A stretch of DNA of 64,000 nt, from the IMG/VR virus record IMGVR_UViG_3300031420_000003, positions 184,417 through 248,416 of that record. One strand, 5' to 3'. This stretch comes from a virus. Positions within the stretch are counted from its first letter, which is position 1. The number at the start of each line of letters is the position of its first letter. Both the position numbers and the translations under genes were made by a program. Positions 40,713 to 50,439 of this stretch are shown one piece after another. Under the pieces are notes generated by a model. It was not told the origin of the DNA, did not search any database, and saw nothing but the letters and a program-made list of their open reading frames with translations.

Positions 40713-41531
40713 CTAGCGCGCGAGTTTACGCAGGTAATCGACCACGTGCGGTTCGTTCACCAGCCTCAGGCAGTTGTTGATACGGTCCATGGTGGTAGAC
40801 TGCGACCAGTGGTATTTCTCCGCTGCCTTGGTCACCACGTTACGAACCTTCCTGTCAAGCGGATGGAACATGACCCCATCACCGAACAAGGTCAGGAACG
40901 CCTTGTTAAACGGAATCTGAGCGGACTTGCCGTTTACCTTGGTGTACCATTCCCTGTGGGTTTTGAGTTTGCCGGTGTGGGATTCGATTAAGGCAAGTTT
41001 CGGGAACTCCGAGCGGGCTAATAAGTCCGACGGCATATGGGTGAGCAATATCGTGTCGTGTTCGCCTTTTGGCGCACAGTCGAAGAATTCCGTACCCCAC
41101 AACTTTTGCCCCACGACCTGTTTGTAAACGTCTTGCTCCAGCGAATTGTAGAAAATCTGTGACGGGGTATTCGCATTGCGAAATGCCGCTTCAGGGAACG
41201 TTTTGTTCACTGAGTTAAACTGACACAGGTACGGGACACATAACATCGAAGGGGCTGCAGCCAGTGCCGCAGCCAGAATATTTTTAATATCTTCTTCAAT
41301 CGATGTCAGTAAAACGTCGGGTGTCAATCTTTCACGATTATCTTCAAACGCGTAGAAAGCGTTACGGAACAGAGTCCGGAGGTTCAGGTACAATACCTGA
41401 TAGTCATGAATAGGAGGCTTAGCCCCCCAACTGGCAAATTCACCAGTGTGCGTCAAACCTTCGATCGCCAGCGAACTGGCGATAGAGACAGGATAATGCC
41501 CAAAAACACGGTCAGTGCTAATGGGTGTCAT
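40713..41531 (-). CDS. Conserved chimallivirus core hypothetical protein
   Basis: 272 aa; ATGA-coupled to SbcD. Confidence 0.65.
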   Translation of the reverse strand: MTPISTDRVFGHYPVSIASSLAIEGLTHTGEFASWGAKPPIHDYQVLYLNLRTLFRNAFYAFEDNRERLTPDVLLTSIEEDIKNILAAALAAAPSMLCVPYLCQFNSVNKTFPEAAFRNANTPSQIFYNSLEQDVYKQVVGQKLWGTEFFDCAPKGEHDTILLTHMPSDLLARSEFPKLALIESHTGKLKTHREWYTKVNGKSAQIPFNKAFLTLFGDGVMFHPLDRKVRNVVTKAAEKYHWSQSTTMDRINNCLRLVNEPHVVDYLRKLAR

Positions 41532-42694
41532 AGGACTTTCCTGATTATCTCAGCAACGATAGTGGGATTGTATTTCATCCCCGCCATCTCTTCTAGCAGG
41601 ATACGCTCGGTGTTCTCGGGCGTAATTGCTTCCACCACACTGGCCTCATTGGAAAAGGCCTGCGTGAGCAACTCTTGTTCTTCGGGAGTTGCCACCTTAC
41701 TCCCCTCGATGTGAAAGGAGTATTGTTTCTTCCAGCGGGCGATATGACCCGCTATCGGAGAACCGGCCTGATATTCAATCTCAAGCCAACCGATTTGTGA
41801 CGCCGGGTGTTCGTCGATATACCGTAATGCGTCAATACACGCCTCGTAGTGCGCGTCTTGGTCATCATGGTGTCGCACTTTACGTTGTGGACACGCGTAC
41901 GGATTCTCGTAGAACCAGTTGCGACTCAACGTGTCATTAAAGTCCACGATGGTCATGCCTTTGGGTTCTTCTTCCCCCACTGTTAATCGGTCTGTAGAAC
42001 CGGTAACGGTGATTTTATCCAACATCTTGCGTCGATGGTCATGGCCGATATAGATGCCATGGCGTACGCGGGACAACCAGAAGGCCTCATCAAAACTTCT
42101 TGGTGAGTCAATCATGGGAAGTTGAAACTTGAAACAACCGTGCATGAAAAAGTAGTCAACCTGACTCAAGCACCGGGTGGCCATTAATTCGGCCATCTCT
42201 TGTTCCGTAGCAGCAGCATTTATACTATCTGCACCATTAGCCTTGTACTCGTCTTGCACCCAGCCTACTGTGGCTTTGATCACCTCATCGTAAAAGATGC
42301 CGATTTTGTCTAAGTAAAGACACTCTGCCCCTATCGCGAGGTTTAGAGTTTCGACAATTTTCGATTGACCGTGGTCGTGAGAAGGTGTGCCTTCAAGAAT
42401 GCGCAGGGCGGTATTGGTCGATTTGCACCAAGACAACAGCCAAGTAACAAAGCCAACGGACTCTTGCGAATCAGACTGGCGCAGATAGCGGGAATCGTCA
42501 AAGAGGTCCCCTGCTATATAAATGGCATCAACTGTGTTACCACAGGCTTCGATCATATCGCGCAGGTACGTGACCATATGCCACGTCGGGACTCGGCGAT
42601 GTAACAGATGAACATCGCTGAAAACCAACATGCGCGTCAGGGACGCCGCCTTTGCAATCGGACGAAAACTAAAGGTCTTCTCCGCCACCACCAT
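41528..42694 (-). CDS. sbcD: SbcD/Mre11-like metallophosphoesterase nuclease
   Basis: FSDVH, AGDLFD, GTPSHD, MHG, GHDH motifs. Confidence 0.85.
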   Translation of the reverse strand: MVVAEKTFSFRPIAKAASLTRMLVFSDVHLLHRRVPTWHMVTYLRDMIEACGNTVDAIYIAGDLFDDSRYLRQSDSQESVGFVTWLLSWCKSTNTALRILEGTPSHDHGQSKIVETLNLAIGAECLYLDKIGIFYDEVIKATVGWVQDEYKANGADSINAAATEQEMAELMATRCLSQVDYFFMHGCFKFQLPMIDSPRSFDEAFWLSRVRHGIYIGHDHRRKMLDKITVTGSTDRLTVGEEEPKGMTIVDFNDTLSRNWFYENPYACPQRKVRHHDDQDAHYEACIDALRYIDEHPASQIGWLEIEYQAGSPIAGHIARWKKQYSFHIEGSKVATPEEQELLTQAFSNEASVVEAITPENTERILLEEMAGMKYNPTIVAEIIRKVL

Positions 42695-43325
42695 GATACC
42701 CACCTTGTGATCCCGCGCTGGAAGCTTTCGCCCCGCTGGCTACTACTGGTTTACCTGCAATGCGCAGTGCCGCTTCTTCCAAACCTTCCGGCATGGGAAC
42801 ACGACCAGTGAGGCCATAACGCTCGAACACAAAGTTCAGAGTCTTAATGGTGTTGTAGGCACGAATCGTGTTCTCACGAAACGACAAGTCATCAATCCCG
42901 CCCAGTGTGTCCTTAATCAGGTTCGCCATCATGCTGTGGCCGGTACTGGACATGATAAGGGTCTGGTTGTAAATCTCCGCAGACTCTTCTGACAGTGACG
43001 GCTGACCTTCTACCTGACGCAACGTCTGTCCGGTATAGAGCAGTGGCGGGAACGTGAACAGCACGTCGTCGTAATCGCTGTCTGAAACCACTTCAAGCGG
43101 TACAAACATTGACCCGACGTAGTTCGCCCACAGCTGCGGGTCGAATTTGTCATCCAACATCATGGCCAGAATCGGCAGACCCTGACGACGGAAGTGCGCT
43201 TCTGGAAAACGCGAAGCACCGGCGATGGCCGGTTTCATTTCACTTTCCATTTCTAACAGGCGCTCCACATGAAACTGACCCTCAGGGGTAAGCTTATCTT
43301 TTATTGCATCGTAATCGTGGCTCAT
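42669..43325 (-). CDS. Conserved hypothetical protein
   Basis: 218 aa, GGAG SD, coupled to neighbours. Confidence 0.65.
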   Translation of the reverse strand: MSHDYDAIKDKLTPEGQFHVERLLEMESEMKPAIAGASRFPEAHFRRQGLPILAMMLDDKFDPQLWANYVGSMFVPLEVVSDSDYDDVLFTFPPLLYTGQTLRQVEGQPSLSEESAEIYNQTLIMSSTGHSMMANLIKDTLGGIDDLSFRENTIRAYNTIKTLNFVFERYGLTGRVPMPEGLEEAALRIAGKPVVASGAKASSAGSQGGYHGGGGEDL

Positions 43326-43696
43326 GTGTTTTCTCCATTCACCGTTTCAACGTAATTCACCGCATCCATCCGCACACCATTGTGTACGACACTTAATTGG
43401 ATGTTGAGATTAAACCGCACGTCGGAATCAGGTTCGTACGTAACCTCGACGCTACACTCCGGGTCGTCGAAATATTGACCGTACAAGTCCAGCAAATCCT
43501 GTTTCACCTGATCGGCCATTGTCTCTGGCTGTTGCGCCAGCATCGCCTTGGTGTAGGCCAGCGATTTAATTTTACCGCGATAGATAACCGTCTGGCTTGC
43601 GCCTGCTTCGGTGTAATGATTCATCAACTCACGAATCATGTCTTCTGGGGTTTTGGCCCAGCCGCGGACTGATAGGGTGCCGACTGCTTTTCCCAT
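43322..43696 (-). CDS. Probable T4 gp25-like baseplate/sheath initiator
   Basis: About 124 aa, GGAG SD; helix followed by beta strands; weak family resemblance. Confidence 0.45.
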   Translation of the reverse strand: MGKAVGTLSVRGWAKTPEDMIRELMNHYTEAGASQTVIYRGKIKSLAYTKAMLAQQPETMADQVKQDLLDLYGQYFDDPECSVEVTYEPDSDVRFNLNIQLSVVHNGVRMDAVNYVETVNGENT

Positions 43697-43742
43697 TTCA
43701 AACTCCAGCAAAAAAAGAGGGGCGACCAACCCCTCTCTTTAT

Positions 43743-44333
43743 TTAGCAGGACGCGCCAAGCTGTGACAGTGGGTCATCATCTTCCCAATCCATGTCACGC
43801 ATCTTCGCCCAGTTCATGTTGACCACGATATGCTTCTCAACCATCGTGGGTCGTTTGGTGCGCGCTTCGTCACCTGCCCAGTGCCAAATACGATCGGTGT
43901 CGTATTCAGTCTGGAGATCACTGGTAATTTCGCGGTAGTTCGTATCCGTGTGCAAGTAGCCTGTGCCACGATACGGGTCTACCTTCGCAAAGCCATTCTC
44001 GAAGCCTGCCGCCATGTTCTGGTTATACAGATTACGATACTCAGGCATCGCGACCAGATAACCCTGTACAGATTCCGGTGCAAACTGGAACTCGCCCAGC
44101 TTGTCCAGAATTCGGATAACATCATCCAGTCCATCGTACAGAACTTTACGAGCGGCCGCATTGGTCTTACGGAATGTATCCAGTGCAATTAACTCGTTGT
44201 TGTGCTCTGTGACCCGTTCCAACAGCCCCGGGGATAACTTACTTAAGTCGAAAGTATCCTTGATAGTATCAAAGAACCCCCCACCCTCGGTTTGCTGATG
44301 CCACGGGCTCAGTGCCTGATTCCACATGCCCAT
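43743..44333 (-). CDS. Conserved hypothetical protein (nucleus block)
   Basis: 196 aa, AAGGAG SD, directly after nvRNAP beta'. Confidence 0.65.
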   Translation of the reverse strand: MGMWNQALSPWHQQTEGGGFFDTIKDTFDLSKLSPGLLERVTEHNNELIALDTFRKTNAAARKVLYDGLDDVIRILDKLGEFQFAPESVQGYLVAMPEYRNLYNQNMAAGFENGFAKVDPYRGTGYLHTDTNYREITSDLQTEYDTDRIWHWAGDEARTKRPTMVEKHIVVNMNWAKMRDMDWEDDDPLSQLGASC

Positions 44334-44360
44334 TTCGTTGGTTACTCCTTACAGTTGTTA

Positions 44361-45950
44361 CTAAAGATCTTCTAAAGCCACACCGACTTCATCATCCTCA
44401 TCCGCTTCAATGAGGAACTGGTTCTGCATACTGATGAGCTCGTTATGTAAAATCATGCCACCTTCTACCTTATCAACATTGGTCGAAGACATGAAGCCGT
44501 TATCAGGACGATACGCTTCGGCAAGATCCATTTCGAGTTTGTCCACTGGACGGTACACCATGAACTGGTCACCATCGAAGTCGCCGTTCGCACATTTGAT
44601 AACGCGGTCGGAGATTCGGATAGAACACTGGTTCACATCGGTCACAACTTCATCAATGTACAGCAACTGCACGGACAACTGCACAAGTGTTGGGTTACGC
44701 AGCGGTACAACAGGAATACCAATGCCACCCGGCGATTCACGAATCAACTCATCGAGAATCTCTTTGACCTCTGGCATAAACTGCATGCAGGCCATTGCAA
44801 TGATGCGCTCACATTCCCGTGGTGAGTAGCCACGACGCAACAGTTTGTTTTCGATGTCAACCGACATCAACCCAACCATCCAACGCCACGGTGCTTTAAG
44901 CTTCCATGCATCATGCGGTTCAGAGATAGGTGAGATTGTCGCACGACCCGAGAACGGGATATGCGTTGCACTGACCTTGCCACGATAATAACCGGGTTTC
45001 TGTTCCAGCACTTCACGACGGAAGTCCATGTGGAAATACGCCAGCTGTTGGTTGGCTTTGATCGCACGACTGATTAAGAAACGAGGCTCAATCATCTTAC
45101 CGCGTGTGTACAGTAAGCTGATGTTCTTGACCGCATCAATTGCACCGGTGAAGACCGGGTCAATCATGATCCCACGACGGCCCTCTTCCGAAACGATAAG
45201 CTTCGGTGAGATAATCGGGAGATGACGGGTGAACATTCCATGCGATTGTGTTTCGAAGAACGTTTTCCATTGCTGACGGAGAATCTCGCTGGCTCCCGAC
45301 GTATTGCGGTTGCTTGGATAAATCTCCTTCCAGACTTCCGGGTCAGTCAGCACGGCAAACACAGACTGATGTCGGTCAACGAAGTTTCTGATCCCACGCT
45401 CGAATCCACGTTCGGTTAAGATCCGCTTCACCACCTGCATACGTTTCGAATCTGCATCTTCTGGACGGTAGTACGGGTCTAACATCCACATCATCAAATC
45501 CGAGCCACGCTGCACAGTGACTTTGTTACGGTCGAACTTCTTCATCTTACCGCCGTAGAAGGCGTTGAACATTGCCCAGAATCGCGGACTGACGAAAAAC
45601 TCCATTTCCTCTGGGGCACGAATCCAGACTTCAGATTCAATGCGGTGTTCAGTTACAGCATACCCGCACGTTGGGCAGACAACGCCCAAGTTATAGCGAT
45701 GGGCAATCGGACGCTCACAGGTGATACTGCAAATCGGTGCACTGTTGAGCTGCTCATCGCGAATGCGGTTTTGCACCAACAAATCAATTTCTTCAGCGAC
45801 TTTAATCGGGTCACCAGAACGCGCTACGTCATTGATAACCGTTGGCGGTTTAATGTTCTTCGCAGCTGCTTCGATGAACAAATCCTTCAAGTAGTTATCT
45901 TGGCATTCTAGTCGGCCCGAGATGCCGTAGAACTTAGGGGCTTTATGCAC
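44361..45950 (-). CDS. rpoC: Non-virion RNA polymerase catalytic beta' subunit (phiKZ gp55-like)
   Basis: N-terminal zinc finger (CSITC...CPTC), SGRATISP, LRNPTL, catalytic NGDFDGD. Confidence 0.92.
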   Translation of the reverse strand: MHKAPKFYGISGRLECQDNYLKDLFIEAAAKNIKPPTVINDVARSGDPIKVAEEIDLLVQNRIRDEQLNSAPICSITCERPIAHRYNLGVVCPTCGYAVTEHRIESEVWIRAPEEMEFFVSPRFWAMFNAFYGGKMKKFDRNKVTVQRGSDLMMWMLDPYYRPEDADSKRMQVVKRILTERGFERGIRNFVDRHQSVFAVLTDPEVWKEIYPSNRNTSGASEILRQQWKTFFETQSHGMFTRHLPIISPKLIVSEEGRRGIMIDPVFTGAIDAVKNISLLYTRGKMIEPRFLISRAIKANQQLAYFHMDFRREVLEQKPGYYRGKVSATHIPFSGRATISPISEPHDAWKLKAPWRWMVGLMSVDIENKLLRRGYSPRECERIIAMACMQFMPEVKEILDELIRESPGGIGIPVVPLRNPTLVQLSVQLLYIDEVVTDVNQCSIRISDRVIKCANGDFDGDQFMVYRPVDKLEMDLAEAYRPDNGFMSSTNVDKVEGGMILHNELISMQNQFLIEADEDDEVGVALEDL

Positions 45951-45965
45951 AGATTCCTCACTAAC

Positions 45966-46010
45966 AAAAAAAGAGGGAAAAGCGGGGGCGTTAACCCCCG
46001 CTTTTTTTTC
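45966..46010. terminator. Terminator after chimallin
   Basis: GCGGGGG-CGTTAA-CCCCCGC hairpin flanked by A and T runs. Confidence 0.75.
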
Positions 46011-46033
46011 TTACACGTTAACTACGCAGCACC

Positions 46034-47842
46034 TTACAGGGTGAAGGAGTTGGTAGTCAGGTTCAGGCTGAAGCTGTCGAAAGAACCGTTGCTGCCGCCA
46101 CCAGACAGAACGAAGGTTTCGTTGCCGTTGTTGGTGAACAGGCTGTTGCTCATTGCATCGTGTGCTTCCACACCGTTCAGCTGCCATGCAGACACAGCAG
46201 AGCGTACGCTGTCCAGCAGGGTCTTAGCGAACACCGGATGAATTGCCATATCCAGAGATTCACCAGTAGGACGGAACTCACGACCGCCGTACATAGACGC
46301 AGCCAGCTTCATCAGGTAGATGCGCTGTTCTTTCTGATCCATCTGACGGTTAGAGAATGACTGCGCATGCATGTAGCGGTACGCATCAGACTGCTTGTCG
46401 CCGAGGTGGGTCAGTACAGACACCAGATCCATGTCGCTGACAGAACGCTTCTCGCCAGTACCTACGTAGATACCTGCGATGGTCGGAACTGCGGCTGCGA
46501 TGATGTGGCTGGTTTTCAGCTCAGTCACGCCACCGAGGTTCGCGGCCAAGACGTTACGGAACTTGGTGTCGCCCGGGAACATTGCGTCAGCAACGTTCAG
46601 CAGCTGTGCCAGAGAGTTCACGTTACCGGTTGCGATTTCCGCCAGCAGCGTTGACAGACCGCCCAGACCGTTACCAGCACGATGGGTTACAACCAGCGCA
46701 GCCTGAGCTGGGCAGAAGGTATCCAGTGCCATATCGATCGCGTCACGATTGCCGTCCAACTTCTTAACATCAACTTTCTCACCGCCCCAGCTCAGGTACG
46801 ATGCTACCGCAGAGAACTTACGGTCGCTGTTGTTCAGAGAGTTTTTCAGCTCTGCACGCCAGCCGCCAATCTGTGCGATGTCAGCGAATGCTGCCAGTGC
46901 CAGAAGGTGACGTTCGTACGGTGCTTTAGAACCGGCCATCTGAGAATCGGTCAGCGTGACAACCACTTCGCCCTGCATCTGCTTCAGGTCAGTAACACCC
47001 TGCTGCTGAGGTTTCAGGCCAGTGTAACGCAGGTTAACGAAACCAGTTGCTACGGTCTTAGGCAGTGTACGGTCGCCGCCATTGCTCAGCAGAGTTGGAC
47101 CTGCTTCGCTCTGGGTTTGCTGCTGATGGTTAACAGACAGTGCGAAACCAGCACGCTGTGGGTGAGCATTGCTGTCCGCGATAACGCCGCTTGGTACGCC
47201 AGCTACGTTGATTGCGAAACGGTCTGCTTTAGACAGTTTAACATCGCCCAGCGCGCCAGCGATACGACCAGCGATACCGGTCAGCATCTGACCCATCAGC
47301 TGCAATGCCCATGCGTCGTCCATCTGCTTACCGAGATCCGGTACGGAGTTCAGGCAGATGAAGGCCATGTTGCTGATGCCGTGTTTATCGGCAGCGGCTT
47401 TCTCAACGCTTGCCAGAACGTCTTTGTTTACCAGACTGGCGATGGTGTAGTAAGACTCAACGTTGTTGTTGATAACCACACGCATGCTGTCGCCCTTCTC
47501 GAACAGGACGATACCGTACAGCCACTGGTCATTACGCTGCAGAGCAACGTACGCCGCAGAAGCGAAGTCAGACTGGGAGATGGTATCAACCATGCCAATC
47601 TTAAAACGGTCCAGTTTGGCGTTCGGGTTTTCTTTCGCGTGGTTCGCGATACGGGTGACGAAATCATTCGCCATGGAAGAGACGGACTGCCAGCCGAAAG
47701 CTTGGTCCATCGTTACAGAGGCACCCAGGCTACCGAAGTCCAGAGAGTTGGAACCTTCGTTAACTGGTGCTGAATAAGCCGGTGCAGACTGCTGAGTAGT
47801 GGTAGTCTGAGCAGCTGGAGTTGGGGTAACTTCTTTGACCAT
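46034..47842 (-). CDS. chmA: Chimallin, phage nuclear shell protein
   Basis: 602 aa; immediately upstream of nvRNAP beta' as in phiKZ gp54/gp55; disordered N- and C-termini; strongly biased codon usage; two promoter-motif copies upstream. Confidence 0.8.
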   Translation of the reverse strand: MVKEVTPTPAAQTTTTQQSAPAYSAPVNEGSNSLDFGSLGASVTMDQAFGWQSVSSMANDFVTRIANHAKENPNAKLDRFKIGMVDTISQSDFASAAYVALQRNDQWLYGIVLFEKGDSMRVVINNNVESYYTIASLVNKDVLASVEKAAADKHGISNMAFICLNSVPDLGKQMDDAWALQLMGQMLTGIAGRIAGALGDVKLSKADRFAINVAGVPSGVIADSNAHPQRAGFALSVNHQQQTQSEAGPTLLSNGGDRTLPKTVATGFVNLRYTGLKPQQQGVTDLKQMQGEVVVTLTDSQMAGSKAPYERHLLALAAFADIAQIGGWRAELKNSLNNSDRKFSAVASYLSWGGEKVDVKKLDGNRDAIDMALDTFCPAQAALVVTHRAGNGLGGLSTLLAEIATGNVNSLAQLLNVADAMFPGDTKFRNVLAANLGGVTELKTSHIIAAAVPTIAGIYVGTGEKRSVSDMDLVSVLTHLGDKQSDAYRYMHAQSFSNRQMDQKEQRIYLMKLAASMYGGREFRPTGESLDMAIHPVFAKTLLDSVRSAVSAWQLNGVEAHDAMSNSLFTNNGNETFVLSGGGSNGSFDSFSLNLTTNSFTL

Positions 47843-47883
47843 GGTATATATTCCTTAAGGATTTAATAGAGTAATGTAGTACA

Positions 47884-47904
47884 TCACGGGAATAATATCT
47901 GCCT
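47884..47904 (-). promoter_or_regulatory. Putative early promoter motif (proximal, chimallin)
   Basis: AGGCAGATATTAT-TCCC-GTGA. Confidence 0.65.
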
Positions 47905-47969
47905 GTGATATTTTACAATGTGGGTAAGCCGTCGCTTTGAACACATATACAGACAGTTTCACCGTTCTG

Positions 47970-47990
47970 TCACATAGATAATATCAATCT
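47970..47990 (-). promoter_or_regulatory. Putative early promoter motif (distal, chimallin)
   Basis: AGATTGATATTAT-CTAT-GTGA. Confidence 0.65.
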
Positions 47991-48041
47991 GTAATTATTT
48001 AGATTGTGGGGATTTCCTATGTGCAACCAAAGGAGACAGTC

Positions 48042-49103
48042 ATGTTCAGTCACGCCGATTTAAATCAGGCCGCAATCAAAGGCATCTACGCGGACCCGTC
48101 CGCTATACAGATTGCCGCTGCTGTAAAAAATAACCAACAACGTATCCGCAGCTTCTTAGAACGTGCAGGTACCCGAGTTGATTCCAACCATTTGATTCTG
48201 GAGTTAATCACCAATGTAGGCTACGCGGGAGAAATCACGTACGACAATGTCGAATGGGCCTGCATGAGAAAACTCGCCGGAATCGGTAACGCGCTAAAAC
48301 TTTCCTCGGTGGGAGAATTCGGCCAAGTACACAATGGCAAATTCATCACCGGCCAAGATGAGATCATTTCGCTGGTTGCACGCCCGGTTGATCCCAATCT
48401 GTCTTTTCAGGACTACACCCCGGCTGTCTACCTTTACCACGAGTATACCAATCTGAACTGGCAACTGGGTACGGGCAAACCACAAGGTGTGAGTATCATT
48501 GAGATTAACTTGGTGGCCCTGCTCTGGCAATACGCCAAAGGGGTGGAATACTACCAGCGAACCAAAACACCTATAACGTCTCCGGTTTACGCACAACAAC
48601 ACGTAATCGCCCGGATGCTACCCTCGTACATGGATATCGCATTTCTGAATATCCACCGTTGGGTCGCAATGGGACTGGAGGTGGAGAAAGATGTTCCGAC
48701 CCGTGTTGTCCCTGTACCTCCGTTACGCGACCTTGCAGTGCGTCACGCCACCAAGATAGACGAAGCCCTTAAAAGAGGCTCGCCACTTCCCGGTGTGGTA
48801 CTGAGACACATTCCACAGTTCTTCTCTACCTACGAACCCTCAACCGCCATTGACCGTATCCTCTTTAGAGAAAGCGGGTCGACACTGCAATCGAATTGGC
48901 CTCGGGAGATTGTGAACTGGGAGTGGGCGTTATTCTGTTATCAGTACGATAACCCGGCGATGCAGAAAGACAAGTCTAACCTGAAGGTTGACCTTGAGCG
49001 CTTTGAAGATCTGCGGGTACTTGAGAAACTCAAGCGTCCAGTGCAGAACCACTACAAGCACAGTCTCCTGTTTCCGCTTTATCGTATCCTTGAACAAAAT
49101 TAG
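48042..49103 (+). CDS. Conserved protein, probably virion-associated
   Basis: ATG at 48042 with AAGGAG SD; divergent from chimallin; TATG upstream. Confidence 0.65.
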   Translation: MFSHADLNQAAIKGIYADPSAIQIAAAVKNNQQRIRSFLERAGTRVDSNHLILELITNVGYAGEITYDNVEWACMRKLAGIGNALKLSSVGEFGQVHNGKFITGQDEIISLVARPVDPNLSFQDYTPAVYLYHEYTNLNWQLGTGKPQGVSIIEINLVALLWQYAKGVEYYQRTKTPITSPVYAQQHVIARMLPSYMDIAFLNIHRWVAMGLEVEKDVPTRVVPVPPLRDLAVRHATKIDEALKRGSPLPGVVLRHIPQFFSTYEPSTAIDRILFRESGSTLQSNWPREIVNWEWALFCYQYDNPAMQKDKSNLKVDLERFEDLRVLEKLKRPVQNHYKHSLLFPLYRILEQN

Positions 49104-49196
49104 CAATTCTTTCCCCTGCGTGAAACACCCGTTAGGATGCTTCATATAATAGGGTAATAAAACCTGCACCGTTTGGTGCAGGGCTTTCTTTTTTTA

Positions 49197-49574
49197 TTAG
49201 TCTGCCACGACAGGAATGATTCTGGCATGGTTATCAGCGCGCACAGACAGCACAGGCAGGCCAGAAACAAAGTCATCGTAGGAAAGGTCACGATAGACCA
49301 ATTGTTGCTTGACATGGTCTGCTGAGAGCGTCTTAGGCTCCACCGTGCCTGCAGGCACATCAATCATGCCAATCACAACACTGTACAACTTCTCAGTGTT
49401 TCGACCAATAAAGACCTGCTTACCGAAATAGCTGCCCCGATCCATTTCGAAGTCAGGATGCTGCTTTAAGAACTCACGGGCAGCCGCGTACGCGGTGCGA
49501 TGCAATGTCGCCCCGAGTGGTGTATCAAAACTCCCCGGTGAGGCACAGTAATGCAATTTACGAACAGAAACCAT
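49197..49574 (-). CDS. Hypothetical protein
   Basis: 125 aa, AAGGAG SD. Confidence 0.6.
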   Translation of the reverse strand: MVSVRKLHYCASPGSFDTPLGATLHRTAYAAAREFLKQHPDFEMDRGSYFGKQVFIGRNTEKLYSVVIGMIDVPAGTVEPKTLSADHVKQQLVYRDLSYDDFVSGLPVLSVRADNHARIIPVVAD

Positions 49575-49583
49575 GGTTACTCC

Positions 49584-49883
49584 TTAATGATTAAGTTGAC
49601 GATAACGCATGAAACGATCCGAGCACAACTTATCCACAGCAGTCTTTCGGTAAGTTCGCACTGAGATATCTTTTCCGTCTTCACGGATGGTAATAGCAAA
49701 ATCAGGAAGCTCAATGAGGCGGGACGCGATAACAGGTACCCCACCGTCGCTGAAGCTGAAGCTTGCATGGTCCTCATCGTTAACCAGTCGGTTAATCAAC
49801 TCCACGATGACTTCTTCTTCCGTTTGCCGACAGATGCTGAGACACTGCTTATCAACATCGGCATGGATTAGGTATTCTTTCAC
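49584..49883 (-). CDS. Hypothetical protein
   Basis: 99 aa, GTG start with GGAGG SD, GTGA overlap. Confidence 0.55.
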   Translation of the reverse strand: MKEYLIHADVDKQCLSICRQTEEEVIVELINRLVNDEDHASFSFSDGGVPVIASRLIELPDFAITIREDGKDISVRTYRKTAVDKLCSDRFMRYRQLNH

Positions 49884-50077
49884 TCTGCATCCTCCCGCAC
49901 GATGCCATGCGATTCAATCATCTTTTTCTTTTTGGGGTTAAACGCAGTAAAGCGGATACCCGTTGGGGAAACGTGGTGACAGATAATCTGTTCCAGTCCA
50001 CGCTCCTCCAACTCCCGGCGCATCTCTGAGGCCATGGCGTGCGCTTTCGCCACAGCCTTCTGATCGTTGTAGTTCAT
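49880..50077 (-). CDS. Hypothetical protein
   Basis: 65 aa, coupled to neighbours. Confidence 0.5.
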   Translation of the reverse strand: MNYNDQKAVAKAHAMASEMRRELEERGLEQIICHHVSPTGIRFTAFNPKKKKMIESHGIVREDAE

Positions 50078-50439
50078 TTATTCGCCAAGTAGGTGACCCG
50101 GAAGGGATGCTTGTCGCCTTTGACAACGACATCCTTTATCTGTACGCCCTGTGCTGCGTATTCCAACGCAGCCGTTCGCACCTTCTCTTCGTAGATGGCC
50201 GTGAGCTGAGGGTACCCTTTCTTCGCCACGTATTCATGCGCGGTGCGTGTCAGGTGTTCCATCTCATGCGGGCTGAGTGTAATCGCTTGCGTGTTCACAT
50301 TGTGCACAGCGCGAAACACCAGTCCGTCTTTCCCCTCGAAGTGGCAATCCACCCGAGCTAGGCCCGGGCAATCACGTAACTTGTTCAGGTACTGCTCAAC
50401 TGCATTACGAATCTGCTTTTCAATCTTCGTCGATAGCAT
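50074..50439 (-). CDS. Hypothetical protein
   Basis: Probable start MLSTK at 50439 within the DNA polymerase 3' end. Confidence 0.55.
   Translation of the reverse strand: MLSTKIEKQIRNAVEQYLNKLRDCPGLARVDCHFEGKDGLVFRAVHNVNTQAITLSPHEMEHLTRTAHEYVAKKGYPQLTAIYEEKVRTAALEYAAQGVQIKDVVVKGDKHPFRVTYLANK

Noticed and set aside
46682-47773. 363-aa plus-strand ORF antisense to chimallin
   Set aside because: Mirror ORF expected from strong codon bias of a highly expressed gene; no SD and unnatural composition
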